A stretch of DNA of 63,915 bases, filler included, from Octopus bimaculoides (taxonomy: Eukaryota): the NCBI RefSeq assembly GCF_001194135.2. It is 5 parts of 5 records of this genome, joined end to end, with 100 filler letters (N's around TTAATTAATTAA, not from the genome) between each part and the next. Parts side by side here need not be neighbours in the genome. Positions count along the whole stretch, not along the records: positions 26,716 to 39,319 come from NC_069008.1; positions 39,420 to 53,246 come from NC_069003.1; 3 more parts are not named here. One strand, 5' to 3'. Under the pieces are notes generated by a model. It made no database searches. It was not told the origin of the DNA and worked only from the letters and a program-made list of their open reading frames with translations. Positions within the stretch are counted from its first letter, which is position 1, and each line of letters starts with the position of its first letter. A program made the position numbers and the translations under genes. Of the stretch, positions 37,037-48,060 are shown in pieces.

Positions 37037-37308
37037 AGATAATATCTGTTATGGACGTGCTGGGTGTGAAAACAGAATGCATACGGCAAGGAGACGAAAT
37101 TCGTCCCAACTGTGGCGTGTTAGAATGCTTCATGCATTTCTTCGGCGTTGGGCATCATGTTAATGACGTATACTTACAACTAGCCTTGCTTAGAGAAGAT
37201 ATGTCGCCACAGATGTATAAGAAATCAATGGATCAACAATACTTGTTACGAATAGCCGCCCGGTTGAATAAAGATCTGTTCTACGCAAAGGAAGCAGCAT
37301 TAGATTAA
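37037..37308 (+). CDS. Candidate terminal exon of an unidentified gene, antisense within intron 2 of the PAN-domain gene
   Basis: CTAAT branch-like motif, TTCTCTTCTGCATTTGTCCAG acceptor, ~90 open codons (IISVMDVLGVKTECIRQGDEIRPNCGVLECFMHFFGVGHHVNDVYLQLALLREDM...AALD), TAA, then AATAAA immediately after. No family recognised. Confidence 0.35.
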
Positions 37309-37417
37309 AATAAATATTTCTGTATCATGTTAAAGATAAATACATATATAAATACTTAGATTTACTGCGGTACACTTCAAGAGTACATGCAGCGTGAGTG
37401 TTTGTGTGTATACATAC

Positions 37418-37596
37418 CTGCTCAATTGGTAGATGGTTCCAGATATCAAGTATTGGGTGTCGGAAGAAATTTGGACAATATGTGCCATTGCATTTGTCCA
37501 CATTCCAAGTTGAAGGACTTCCTATATTGAGGAAGGAATTATAGATCAACGAATTTGCTCCCATTGATATGGCATAGGTTTTAATCCATTCACTTT
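37418..37596 (-). CDS. Coding exon 2 of the same gene
   Basis: TTTCAG acceptor. Phase 1 completes AAA (K) with exon 1. Reads SEWIKTYAISMGANSLIYNSFLNIGSPSTWNVDKCNGTYCPNFFRHPILDIWNHLPIEQ. CAG|GTATGT donor, phase 0. 179 nt. Confidence 0.88.
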
Positions 37597-37600
37597 CTGA

Positions 37601-37636
<36 letters not shown>

Positions 37637-37638
<2 letters not shown>

Positions 37639-38035
37639 TAAAACGAGAAAGCAACCATACTCTGGGATATGCCAATACACACAGATAGAGAAATTAAGGC
37701 AAATAGACCAGATATAGTTGTCAAAGATCATGAAGGAAAAAAATGCCTTCTAATTGATGTTTCAATACCAGCAGATGACAACGNNNNNNNNNNTAGTAGG
37801 TGCCTTAGGTATAATAAAAAAAATATTCAGACAAATACATAACAAAAACACCAGGACTTACAAATATATATAACATACAGAAAATTGCACTACTGGGTAC
37901 TGCACACATTCTACGCAAAACACTTTCAATACAGTAAACATAAGAGCACCACAGCAAACCACAGCACATACCCAAGGCGCACAGAGCTGCGCTCGGTAGT
38001 GAAGTGAAAGCACGTTATGAAAATATAACTACTGA
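37637..38035 (+). mobile_element. 5'-truncated Dong/R4-like non-LTR retrotransposon (RLE endonuclease) in (TAA)n, within intron 1 of the PAN gene
   Basis: ATILWDMPIHTDREIKANRPDIVVKDHEGKKCLLIDVSIP ... VGALG ... IQKIALLGTAHILRKTL. (AAT)n on both sides. Confidence 0.85.
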
Positions 38036-38148
38036 ATAATAATAATAATAATAATAATGATTTCATATTTTGGCAGGCATCTCTGGAGAGGTGTTAAGTC
38101 CATTGTATCGACCCCAGTATTCAGCTGGCATGCACTGCTCTCTCACTC

Positions 38149-38201
<53 letters not shown>

Positions 38202-38222
38202 TGATGATGGTGGCTCACTTAC

Positions 38223-38523
38223 TTCTGTAGAAGGACATCTCGTTGCTGTCATTCGCGCTGACGACTGTCATGATATCTTTCGATGAGTAATTCTTACAAA
38301 CATGGCTGACATTGTTGTAAGTGAAAAATTCCGATTGGCTGTTTAGAGAAATGGCGGCACATTTCAGTAGATTTCGTGTTGAGATGAATTGTTCTGTTGG
38401 AGATGCCTGAAGGTAACCATAGGAATAGCCAGGAGGCAAACGCTTGTAGTGGGCTTCATTAATTTCCTGATTCGAGGTGGCGGCCAGAATTGTTGTAAGG
38501 GTTAATATCAGCATTGTAGTCAT
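38223..38523 (-). CDS. Coding exon 1 of a secreted PAN/apple-like domain protein (signal peptide + PAN-like module)
   Basis: GCC-ATG at 38523, then MTTMLILTLTTILAATSNQ (hydrophobic leader) ... LLKCAAISLNSQSEFFTYNNVSHVCKNYS ... EMSFYR. Ends in phase 1 at a GTAAGT donor (38222-38217). 301 nt, no stops. Confidence 0.85.
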
Positions 38524-38577
38524 GGCTGGACTGACAGAAGGAAACCGGTAAATCGTGAATCTAGTATCAGCAGAGGG

Positions 38578-38623
<46 letters not shown>

Positions 38624-38657
38624 GAACATGCATACATATACACATACATATATATGC

Positions 38658-38688
<31 letters not shown>

Positions 38689-38772
38689 CATACATATACA
38701 TGTATTAAATAAAATGAGACAACAAAACCAAGGCTGTGTGGAATTTATAGGGCATTTATAAAGAGAAAGGTA

Positions 38773-38822
38773 GTCTTACAGCTGTTTCTGAGATATTAGG
38801 GGGATATCCCTTCATAGGAGAC
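38773..38822 (-). ncRNA. Hammerhead-like motif with decayed core, ~250 nt upstream of the PAN-gene ATG
   Basis: GTCT-CCTATGA-A-GGGATAT cccccta ATATCTC-A-GAAA-CAGCTG-TA-AGAC. 4-bp stem I, 7-bp stem II, palindromic ACAGCTGT stem III, GUA triplet. Confidence 0.6.
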
Positions 38823-39235
38823 GATATCAGAGAGTCCAACAGAGAGAAATAGTAGCGTTCAATATAAGGAGTTATTTTTGAAAAAGACGGACACAGGTAG
38901 TATAAAGGGAAATTAGGGAATAAAAATAAAAATATATTTTGGATGTTACAGTTGCGGTTCCATTATCTAAGGAAAGTGGTGTGTAGAATGGTTAGAAATG
39001 CTTCTTGTCCATGGTATGTAAATTCCGATAGGAGTTCATATTTTGTCATTACAAGTGGATAGTGTGGAGACATAAACTCCCTGGGACGTTCATTCAAAGG
39101 GGTCTTGTGGTCATTCAAAGGGGTCTTCTTTCACACCACAAGACCCCGTCGAGTGAACATCACATGGAACTTATGCCTCCACACTATCTGCGTGTAATAG
39201 CAAAATATGAACGCCTATCTATATACGATATACAT

Positions 39236-39315
<80 letters not shown>

Positions 39316-39319
39316 TTAT

Positions 39320-39419
39320 NNNNNNNNNNNNNNNNNNNNNNNNNNNNNNNNNNNNNNNNNNNNTTAATTAATTAANNNNNNNNNNNNNNNNNNNNNNNNN
39401 NNNNNNNNNNNNNNNNNNN
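39320..39419. other. Assembly linker (100 bp, six-frame stop)
   Basis: Same construct as 26616-26715. Confidence 0.95.
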
Positions 39420-39845
39420 CACAAGGGGCTACAGACAGAGGGGACAGACAAAGGGATTAAGTCGATTACATCGACCCCAGTGTGTAACTGGTACTTATTT
39501 AATCGACCCCGAAAGGATGAAAGCCAAAGTCGAGCTCGGCGGAATTTGAACTCAGAACGTAACGGCAGACGAAATACCGCTAAGCATTTCGCCCGGCGTG
39601 CTAACGTTTCTTATTTCGTTATTGCCCACAAGGGGCTAAACATAGAGGGGACAAACAAGGACAGACAAGGAGATTAAGTCGATTACATCGACCCAGTGCA
39701 CAACTGGTACTTAATTTATCGAACCCCGTAAGGATGAAAGGCAAAGTCGACCTCAGCGGAAATTGAACTCAGAACGTAACGGCAGACGAAATACCGCTAA
39801 GCATTTCGCCCGGCGTGCTAACGTTTCTGCCAGCTCGCCGCCTTT
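39420..39845 (-). mobile_element. Head-to-tail dimer of SINE family A (217-bp period)
   Basis: TAAGCATTTCGCCCGGCGTGCTAACGTTTC occurs at 39581 and 39798. Confidence 0.9.
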
Positions 39846-39891
39846 ATCGGTACTCTTATTAAAGCACATACACACGCATATACACACATAC

Positions 39892-40242
39892 AGGCACAAA
39901 AGATCCTTCATATTTAATATATCCTGAGAGGAATGCCTGAATGGCGTAAAGGCTAGAGGTACAGTTTAGTTTGGCATGTGGTGAACAACAACATATTAAA
40001 TTTACTATAATATCATATTGATTTATATAAGATTGGCCGAAGGCCAGAAACGGTTGTGGGCCGGCGGGGAGGAGGAAAGATAGTCGATCAGATCGATTGC
40101 ACTGCTTGCTACATTGGTGCATATTCCATCGATCACAGCGGGATGAAATATGAAAGTGCCCGAGGCCGGATCTGAACTCTGAATGTGAAGGGCAGAGCGT
40201 GGCGTATTGTTCGGAAGTTCTCCTGATGTTCCCATCGTCGTT
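39892..40242 (-). CDS. Candidate exon or ORF in a unique GC-richer segment
   Basis: CTTACAG acceptor-like site at 40243. Two overlapping minus frames are open (117 codons to a weak GTATGT donor, and an 81-aa track ORF that ends in a stop). No family recognised. Confidence 0.2.
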
Positions 40243-40536
40243 CTGTAAGTCCACCCTGATGTATTCAACTACTTTATATTTTATTCGTTTGTATGTGTAG
40301 GTATATATGTATATACATATGATTCTCTCACCCTCTCTCTCTCCCTCTTCCTCTCTCTCTCTATATATATGCACATACACACACACACACATACACATAT
40401 ATATATATGTGTATGTATGTACACATGTGTGTGTATCTATCTATCTATCTATCTATCTATATAAATGCAAATATATATTTATATTTATTTATTTATTTAT
40501 CTATCTATGCATATTTGTATATATATGTGTATATCC

Positions 40537-40578
<42 letters not shown>

Positions 40579-40597
40579 ATGCATGTAGGTCTGCTGT

Positions 40598-40770
40598 TAC
40601 GTACTGAGTTCAAATTCCGCCGAGGTCGACTTTGCCTTTCATCCTTTCGGGGGTCAATAAATTAAGTACCAGTTACGCACTGAGGTCGATCTAATCGACT
40701 TAATCCCTTTGTGTGTCCTTATTTGTCCCCTCTGTGTGTAGCCCCTTGTGAGCAATAAAGAAATAAGAAA
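40598..40770 (+). mobile_element. SINE family A, sense orientation
   Basis: GAGTTCAAATTCCGCCGAGGTCGACTTTGCCTTTCATCCTTTCGGGG...GCAATAAAGAAATAAG. Confidence 0.9.
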
Positions 40771-42307
40771 NNNNNNNNNNNNNNNNNNNNNNNNNNNNNN
40801 NNNNNNNNNNNNNNNNNNNNNNNNNNNNNNNNNNNNNNNNNNNNNNNNNNNNNNNNNNNNNNNNNNNNNNTATATATATATATATAATCCGAAGTCGCTA
40901 TATTTCACTCCATATCATCTACCTCTGATGAGTGCAGGATTACATAATAGGATTGTTACCTAACACTCCGTTGAATCCTTAACGCGAAACCGATTGACAA
41001 GATATGCCGTTATGGATATATAATACTGAACACTTTAGATAATATAATCACTCTATTGACAGATATACGAGTGCATCTTTGTGTCGTTGTGCCTAAATTC
41101 TCTAAACTAACAACACTGCTGCTGGTTATTCGACGGCTACAATCACTCCTAGAAGTCTTGACCACTATTTAATTTACAAAAACAGATAGTAGTAATCTAC
41201 TATCACAGCGAGTTGGAATTACCATGCCTTCAGATCGGAACGAAAGGACTACGTGCGCATGCAAGAAATAACAGTAAACTATGAATGTCATTCTTAATTT
41301 TAATTTCAATTTTATTTTATTAATAGCCCNNNNNNNNNNNNNNNNNNNNNNNNNNNNNNNNNNNNNNNNNNNNNNNNNNNNNNNNNNNNNNNNNNNNNNN
41401 NNNNNNNNNNNNNNNNNNNNNNNNNNNNNNNNNNNNNNNNNNNNNNNNNNNNNNNNNNNNNNNNNNNNNNNNNNNNNNNNNNNNNNNNNNNNNNNNNNNN
41501 NNNNNNNNNNNNNNNNNNNNNNNNNNNNNNNNNNNNNNNNNNNNNNNNNNNNNNNNNNNNNNNNNNNNNNNNNNNNNNNNNNNNNNNNNNNNNNNNNNNN
41601 NNNNNNNNNNNNNNNNNNNNNNNNNNNNNNNNNNNNNNNNNNNNNNNNNNNNNNNNNNNNNNNNNNNNNNNNNNNNNNNNNNNNNNNNNNNNNNNNNNNN
41701 NNNNNNNNNNNNNNNNNNNNNNNNNNNNNNNNNNNNNNNNNNNNNNNNNNNNNNNNNNNNNNNNNNNNNNNNNNNNNNNNNNNNNNNNNNNNNNNNNNNN
41801 NNNNNNNNNNNNNNNNNNNNNNNNNNNNNNNNNNNNNNNNNNNNNNNNNNNNNNNNNNNNNNNNNNNNNNNNNNNNNNNNNNNNNNNNNNNNNNNNNNNN
41901 NNNNNNNNNNNNNNNNNNNNNNNNNNNNNNNNNNNNNNNNNNNNNNNNNNNNNNNNNNNNNNNNNNNNNNNNNNNNNNNNNNNNNNNNNNNNNNNNNNNN
42001 NNNNNNNNNNNNNNNNNNNNNNNNNNNNNNNNNNNNNNNNNNNNNNNNNNNNNNNNNNNNNNNNNNNNNNNNNNNNNNNNNNNNNNNNNNNNNNNNNNNN
42101 NNNNNNNNNNNNNNNNNNNNNNNNNNNNNNNNNNNNNNNNNNNNNNNNNNNNNNNNNNNNNNNNNNNNNNNNNNNNNNNNNNNNNNNNNNNNNNNNNNNN
42201 NNNNNNNNNNNNNNNNNNNNNNNNNNNNNNNNNNNNNNNNNNNNNNNNNNNNNNNNNNNNNNNNNNNNNNNNNNNNNNNNNNNNNNNNNNNNNNNNNNNN
42301 NNNNNNN

Positions 42308-42344
<37 letters not shown>

Positions 42345-42598
42345 ATCTCCTCGATCCATATCTACAAACATTACTCGTAGTTCACCTCTGTAGATGTGTC
42401 TGTGCATGTATGCGTGTTTCAGTAAATGTTTGAGTGTGTGTGTGTGTGTGTGTGTGTGAGTGTGTCTGCATATATCTGCATGTACGTATGTCTGACTGTA
42501 TATGTGTATGCTTGTTTATGTGTGTATGTGTGACTGTATATCAGTATGATTGTCTATGTGTGACTGCATGTATCAGTGCGTATGTGTGTTTGTGTGAG

Positions 42599-42685
<87 letters not shown>

Positions 42686-42825
42686 TTGTTAATATACAAT
42701 TAAATACATATCATGATTTCACACTTACATGACACCAAGATATGGATTTATTGGTACACAGCACATACGTACACTTATTCAGACATATATACATATGCGC
42801 ACACATATGAAATATAATATATAGG

Positions 42826-42897
<72 letters not shown>

Positions 42898-43020
42898 CAC
42901 GCACGCTAGCGCACGCACACACTATACAGACATACTTGCATGCATACATACAAATATAACCTCGTGGGCATCGGTACCATTTTCCTCTTTCTCCGTTCTT
43001 CCATTCTCCGAACTTTCCAT

Positions 43021-43054
43021 CTTTCCGACGAAGGGCTACGCCCGAAACGTCATG
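43021..43054 (+). ncRNA. Minimal hammerhead-like relic in a Penelope-type terminal repeat (~42960-43130)
   Basis: CTTT-CCGACGA-A-GGGC tac GCCC-GAAA-CG-TC. Stem I partner decayed. Confidence 0.55.
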
Positions 43055-44064
43055 CACTCTCTCTTTCCTTTCCTGAGCGTCCAATAATACTATCCATATC
43101 ACGTCCTCACTTTGTTGTTTTTTTGTTTTTTTGTTATTNNNNNNNNNNNNNNNNNNNNNNNNNNNNNNNNNNNNNNNNNNNNNNNNNNNNNNNNNNNNNN
43201 NNNNNNNNNNNNNNNNNNNNNNNNNNNNNNNNNNNNNNNNNNNNNNNNNNNNNNNNNNNNNNNNNNNNNNNNNNNNNNNNNNNNNNNNNNNNNNNNNNNN
43301 NNNNNNNNNNNNNNNNNNNNNNNNNNNNNNNNNNNNNNNNNNNNNNNNNNNNNNNNNNNNNNNNNNNNNNNNNNNNNNNNNNNNNNNNNNNNNNNNNNNN
43401 NNNNNNNNNNNNNNNNNNNNNNNNNNNNNNNNNNNNNNNNNNNNNNNNNNNNNNNNNNNNNNNNNNNNNNNNNNNNNNNNNNNNNNNNNNNNNNNNNNNN
43501 NNNNNNNNNNNNNNNNNNNNNNNNNNNNNNNNNNNNNNNNNNNNNNNNNNNNNNNNNNNNNNNNNNNNNNNNNNNNNNNNNNNNNNNNNNNNNNNNNNNN
43601 NNNNNNNNNNNNNNNNNNNNNNNNNNNNNNNNNNNNNNNNNNNNNNNNNNNNNNNNNNNNNNNNNNNNNNNNNNNNNNNNNNNNNNNNNNNNNNNNNNNN
43701 NNNNNNNNNNNNNNNNNNNNNNNNNNNNNNNNNNNNNNNNNNNNNNNNNNNNNNNNNNNNNNNNNNNNNNNNNNNNNNNNNNNNNNNNNNNNNNNNNNNN
43801 NNNNNNNNNNNNNNNNNNNNNNNNGAAATCTCCCCCCTCTCCCCGTCTCTTTCTTTCTTTCTCTCCCAGCGTCAATCAATGATCGCAAACACTTCGAATC
43901 TGACCCTAATCATCTTGACGAAAACATAAGATTTCCAGACAGGACAAGTTCTTTCGAAAATGTCTCTCGCTAATTATAAGAAATCTTTAAGCCAAACAAT
44001 GACGATTCAAAAAGAATATTGAACCAGACACTATTATGGGCGCTTACTTTCTGAAAACTATTGG

Positions 44065-44468
44065 TTTCAAATTTTGGCACAAGGCCTGCAAGTTCTGTGG
44101 AGGGAATAAGTCATTACATCGACCCCAGTGCTCAACTGGTACTTATTTTAGGGGCCCTGAAACGATGAAAGGTAAAGTCGACACCAGCGCAGTTTGAACT
44201 CAGAACTTAAAAACGGACGACATGTCGCTAAGTATTTCGCTCGGCGTGGTAACGATTCTGCCAGCCCACCGCAATAAATGATTTCAAATTTTAGCAAAAA
44301 GCCAGCAATTTCAAGGAATAGGGTAAGACGATTACATTGGCCCCAGCGATCAACTGTTACTTATTTTATCGACCCCGAAACGATGAAAGGTAAAGTCGAG
44401 CTCAGCACAATTTGAACTCAGAACTTAAAGACGGACGAAATGCCGCTATGCATTTTGCCCCATGTGCT
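44065..44468 (-). mobile_element. Two adjacent SINE family A copies
   Basis: Same consensus blocks as the other family A copies. Confidence 0.85.
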
Positions 44469-44579
44469 TACTAATCACTGCTACGACCTACTCGACGAAC
44501 CCTTTACCCGTTGACTGCGTTCGTAACACACGGACACACACTCGGGGTTGGTATCGCGGCTGAGACGACGGCCTTTCGA

Positions 44580-44735
44580 TCGCAGTGGCGGTTCTTCGCC
44601 ATGAAGGGAAAACCATTGGGCCGGCGGATTTCCAAGATATAGCCCCTCAGATCATCACAGATGCTCCTCCATGTTTAACAGTTGGAAGAAGGCAGTCTGG
44701 GTCAAACGTGTTGTTAGACGCTTTCTTTACAACCA
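44580..44735 (-). mobile_element. Tc1 transposase catalytic-region fragment
   Basis: Minus strand reads DPDCLLPTVKHGGASVMI*GAISWKSAGPMV (Tc1 PTVKHGGG.VM.WG motif). Confidence 0.8.
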
Positions 44736-44865
44736 TATGGTTCCATCCAGTCCTACTGTGCTACTGTGTGCTTCCTTGGGCAAGTGTATTCTACTATAAT
44801 TCTGAGCTGGTCAAAGCCTTGTGAGTAGATTTGGTAGACAGAAACTGACGGAAGCCCGTTATGTA
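44735..44865 (+). mobile_element. SINE family D (CORE-like)
   Basis: CCTTGGGCAAGTGTATTCTACTAT...AAAGCCTTGTGAGTAGATTTGGTAGACAGAAACTGA. Confidence 0.8.
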
Positions 44866-45263
44866 TATGTGCGTGCTTATGTCTAGCGACAACAACAGTA
44901 GCAACAACAACAACAACAACAACAACAGCAGTAATAACAACAACAACAACAGCAGCAGCAGTAACAGCAGCATAGAAGGTTCTACGACTATGTTTTCTAG
45001 GTCATTCAATGGATTATTGGTTGAATGTCTTCACTGCAATTATGTCGGTGTACATTGCACGATGCAATCATTTTCGTCTATAACGCTGCACCGATCGATC
45101 TGCATCTGCCGTTCCGTACACCTAGAGATATTCATCACGAACTCCAGCAGTGTGCGGCGTATACTGCGCAACAGTACGTCTGTGTGTGTGGTGTGGTATT
45201 TGCGTGTTTAGTGCTTGCGCATGTACGTACGTACGTACGTACGTATGTATGTATGTATGTATG

Positions 45264-45294
<31 letters not shown>

Positions 45295-46377
45295 GCATGT
45301 ATGTATGTATGTATGTATGCATGTATGTATGTATGTATGTAAGCATGTATGTATGTATGTATGTATGTATGTATGTATGTATGTANNNNNNNNNNNNNNN
45401 NNNNNNNNNNNNNNNNNNNNNNNNNNNNNNNNNNNNNNNNNNNNNNNNNNNNNNNNNNNNNNNNNNNNNNNNNNNNNNNNNNNNNNNNNNNNNNNNNNNN
45501 NNNNNNNNNNNNNNNNNNNNNNNNNNNNNNNNNNNNNNNNNNNNNNNNNNNNNNNNNNNNNNNNNNNNNNNNNNNNNNNNNNNNNNNNNNNNNNNNNNNN
45601 NNNNNNNNNNNNNNNNNNNNNNNNNNNNNNNNNNNNNNNNNNNNNNNNNNNNNNNNNNNNNNNNNNNNNNNNNNNNNNNNNNNNNNNNNNNNNNNNNNNN
45701 NNNNNNNNNNNNNNNNNNNNNNNNNNNNNNNNNNNNNNNNNNNNNNNNNNNNNNNNNNNNNNNNNNNNNNNNNNNNNNNNNNNNNNNNNNNNNNNNNNNN
45801 NNNNNNNNNNNNNNNNNNNNNNNNNNNNNNNNNNNNNNNNNNNNNNNNNNNNNNNNNNNNNNNNNNNNNNNNNNNNNNNNNNNNNNNNNNNNNNNNNNNN
45901 NNNNNNNNNNNNNNNNNNNNNNNNNNNNNNNNNNNNNNNNNNNNNNNNNNNNNNNNNNNNNNNNNNNNNNNNNNNNNNNNNNNNNNNNNNNNNNNNNNNN
46001 NNNNNNNNNNNNNNNNNNNNNNNNNNNNNNNNNNNNNNNNNNNNNNNNNNNNNNNNNNNNNNNNNNNNNNNNNNNNNNNNNNNNNNNNNNNNNNNNNNNN
46101 NNNNNNNNNNNNNNNNNNNNNNNNNNNNNNNNNNNNNNNNNNNNNNNNNNNNNNNNNNNNNNNNNNNNNNNNNNNNNNNNNNNNNNNNNNNNNNNNNNNN
46201 NNNNNNNNNNNNNNNNNNNNNNNNNNNNNNNNNNNNNNNNNNNNNNNNNNNNNNNNNNNNNNNNNNNNNNNNNNNNNNNNNNNNNNNNNNNNNNNNNNNN
46301 NNNNNNNNNNNNNNNNNNNNNNNNNNNNNNNNNNNNNNNNNNNNNNNNNNNNNNNNNNNNNNNNNNNNNNNNNNNAT

Positions 46378-46540
46378 ATATACAAGGTTGGCCAAAAGTC
46401 ACCCAAAGTAAATCAAAATTCCATAAATACTATCTGTAATTCTGTATTGGCGCGAATGAAAAAATGTGTCGCTCAAGAAGGACTTCAGTTTGAACAAATT
46501 TCTTCATGCTTCATATTTAGATGTTCTTAATAAATTCATT
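46378..46540 (+). mobile_element. Tc1/mariner-superfamily non-autonomous fragment
   Basis: TA|CAAGGTTGGCCAAAAGTCACCC terminus, then ICNSVLARMKKCVAQEGLQFEQI, resembling a transposase C-terminus. Confidence 0.5.
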
Positions 46541-46589
46541 CAGTTGTTAAACATAAATATATCTTGGGATTAAATTATATATATATATG

Positions 46590-46897
46590 CTGAGACCCCC
46601 TTCGGTCATGACTGACCATGGGATGGGATTGCACCAAGAAAGTTACCCTCCCAGGCACAAGTCCAGGCAAGGTTGTTTATGGAAGACCAGCAGTCATCCA
46701 TGCATACCGGTCTCCCCTCTCTACGCCACCAGTGTTATCCTTTGATGTCGCAACTCATTTCTACGGCTGAGTGAACTGGAGTAACGTGAAATAAAGTGTC
46801 CTGCTCAAGAACACAATGCGCAGCCCGGTCCGAGATTCGAACTCACAACCTCGCGATCGTAAGTTCGACGCTCTAGCCACTGAGCCATGCGTCTTCA
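46590..46897 (-). mobile_element. CORE-like SINE with a different 3' tail
   Basis: The head at 46765-46897 matches the reverse complement of the 35968 head. The tail GAGACCCCCTTCGGTCATGA... is unrelated to the family B tail. Confidence 0.75.
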
Positions 46898-46901
46898 CAC
46901 A

Positions 46902-46974
<73 letters not shown>

Positions 46975-46979
<5 letters not shown>

Positions 46980-47820
46980 TGTGTGTGTGTGTGTTTGTGT
47001 TTGTCCTCCACTACCGTCTGAGAACCGGATAGTAGCAGTTCGGCGTAGAGAGACCGATAGAGTAAGTATCAAGCTTAGAAAGAATATAAGTACTGGTGTC
47101 GAATTGTTCGGCTAAACCCCCTATTTCTCAAAAAGGGTCCATATGACCCTTAGAGTTCTACATAAGAATTGGTTGTTAAAAATATTCTTTTATTCTTTCA
47201 CTTGTTTCAGGCATTTGACTGCGGTCATGTTGGAGCACCACCTTGAAGGGTGTTAGTCGAAGAATTCGACCCCAGGACTTATTCTTTGTAAGCCTAGTAC
47301 TTATTCTATCGGTCGTTTATGCCGGACCGCTAAATTACAGGGACATAAACACACCAGCATCGGTTGTCAAGCGATGGCGGAAGGACAAACACATATACAC
47401 AAAAAATATACATATATACGACTGGCTTCTTCCAGTTTCCGTCTACCAAATTCACTCACAAGGCTTTGGTCGGCCCGAGGCTATAGTAGAAGACACTTGT
47501 CCGAGGTACCACGCAGTGGGACTGAAACCGGAATCATGTGGTTGGGAAGCAAGCATCTTACCACACAGCCACGCCTGTGCAATAAATTAGTTATACTTTT
47601 ACAGCGCACGAAATATTTTAGCCTTTTTTTGATATCCATTTCTAAATAATATTAAATCATAAAAACTGGATTTTTGAAACCTCGAATGGTTGTTGAAGTC
47701 CAATAGAGTAGAATAGGAATCAAAGGAGCCCATAGGCAAAAAGTGGTTGGGGACAGCTAGCCTGAACCCTTTATGGTGGTACCCCAGCATGGCCGCAGTC
47801 CAGTCAAAAAATAAAAGGGA
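46975..47820. mobile_element. Cluster of SINE family C and D copies (C+ 46975-47115, C- 47195-47400, D- 47420-47580, C+ tail 47740-47820)
   Basis: C block: CCCCAGCATGGCCGCAGTC or its complement. D block: CAGTTTCCGTCTACCAAA...GACACTTGTCCGAGG. Confidence 0.8.
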
Positions 47821-48060
47821 TATATATATGCTTGTGAATACATAAAAGTTGCGTGTAGTGTGGTTTATATCAGTGAACAAGTGTGTATAAAATTTGTGAG
47901 CTGTAGGTATGTAATGTGTACGCGTGTGTAGTATACATGCAATGTGTCTGTATATATTATATTCATACAAAGTGTGTATGCGTGTAAAGTTTTCTGTGTA
48001 GCATACAGGAAACGTGTGCTGACATATATATATACGCAAGAGCGCTATTAGTATATTTGT

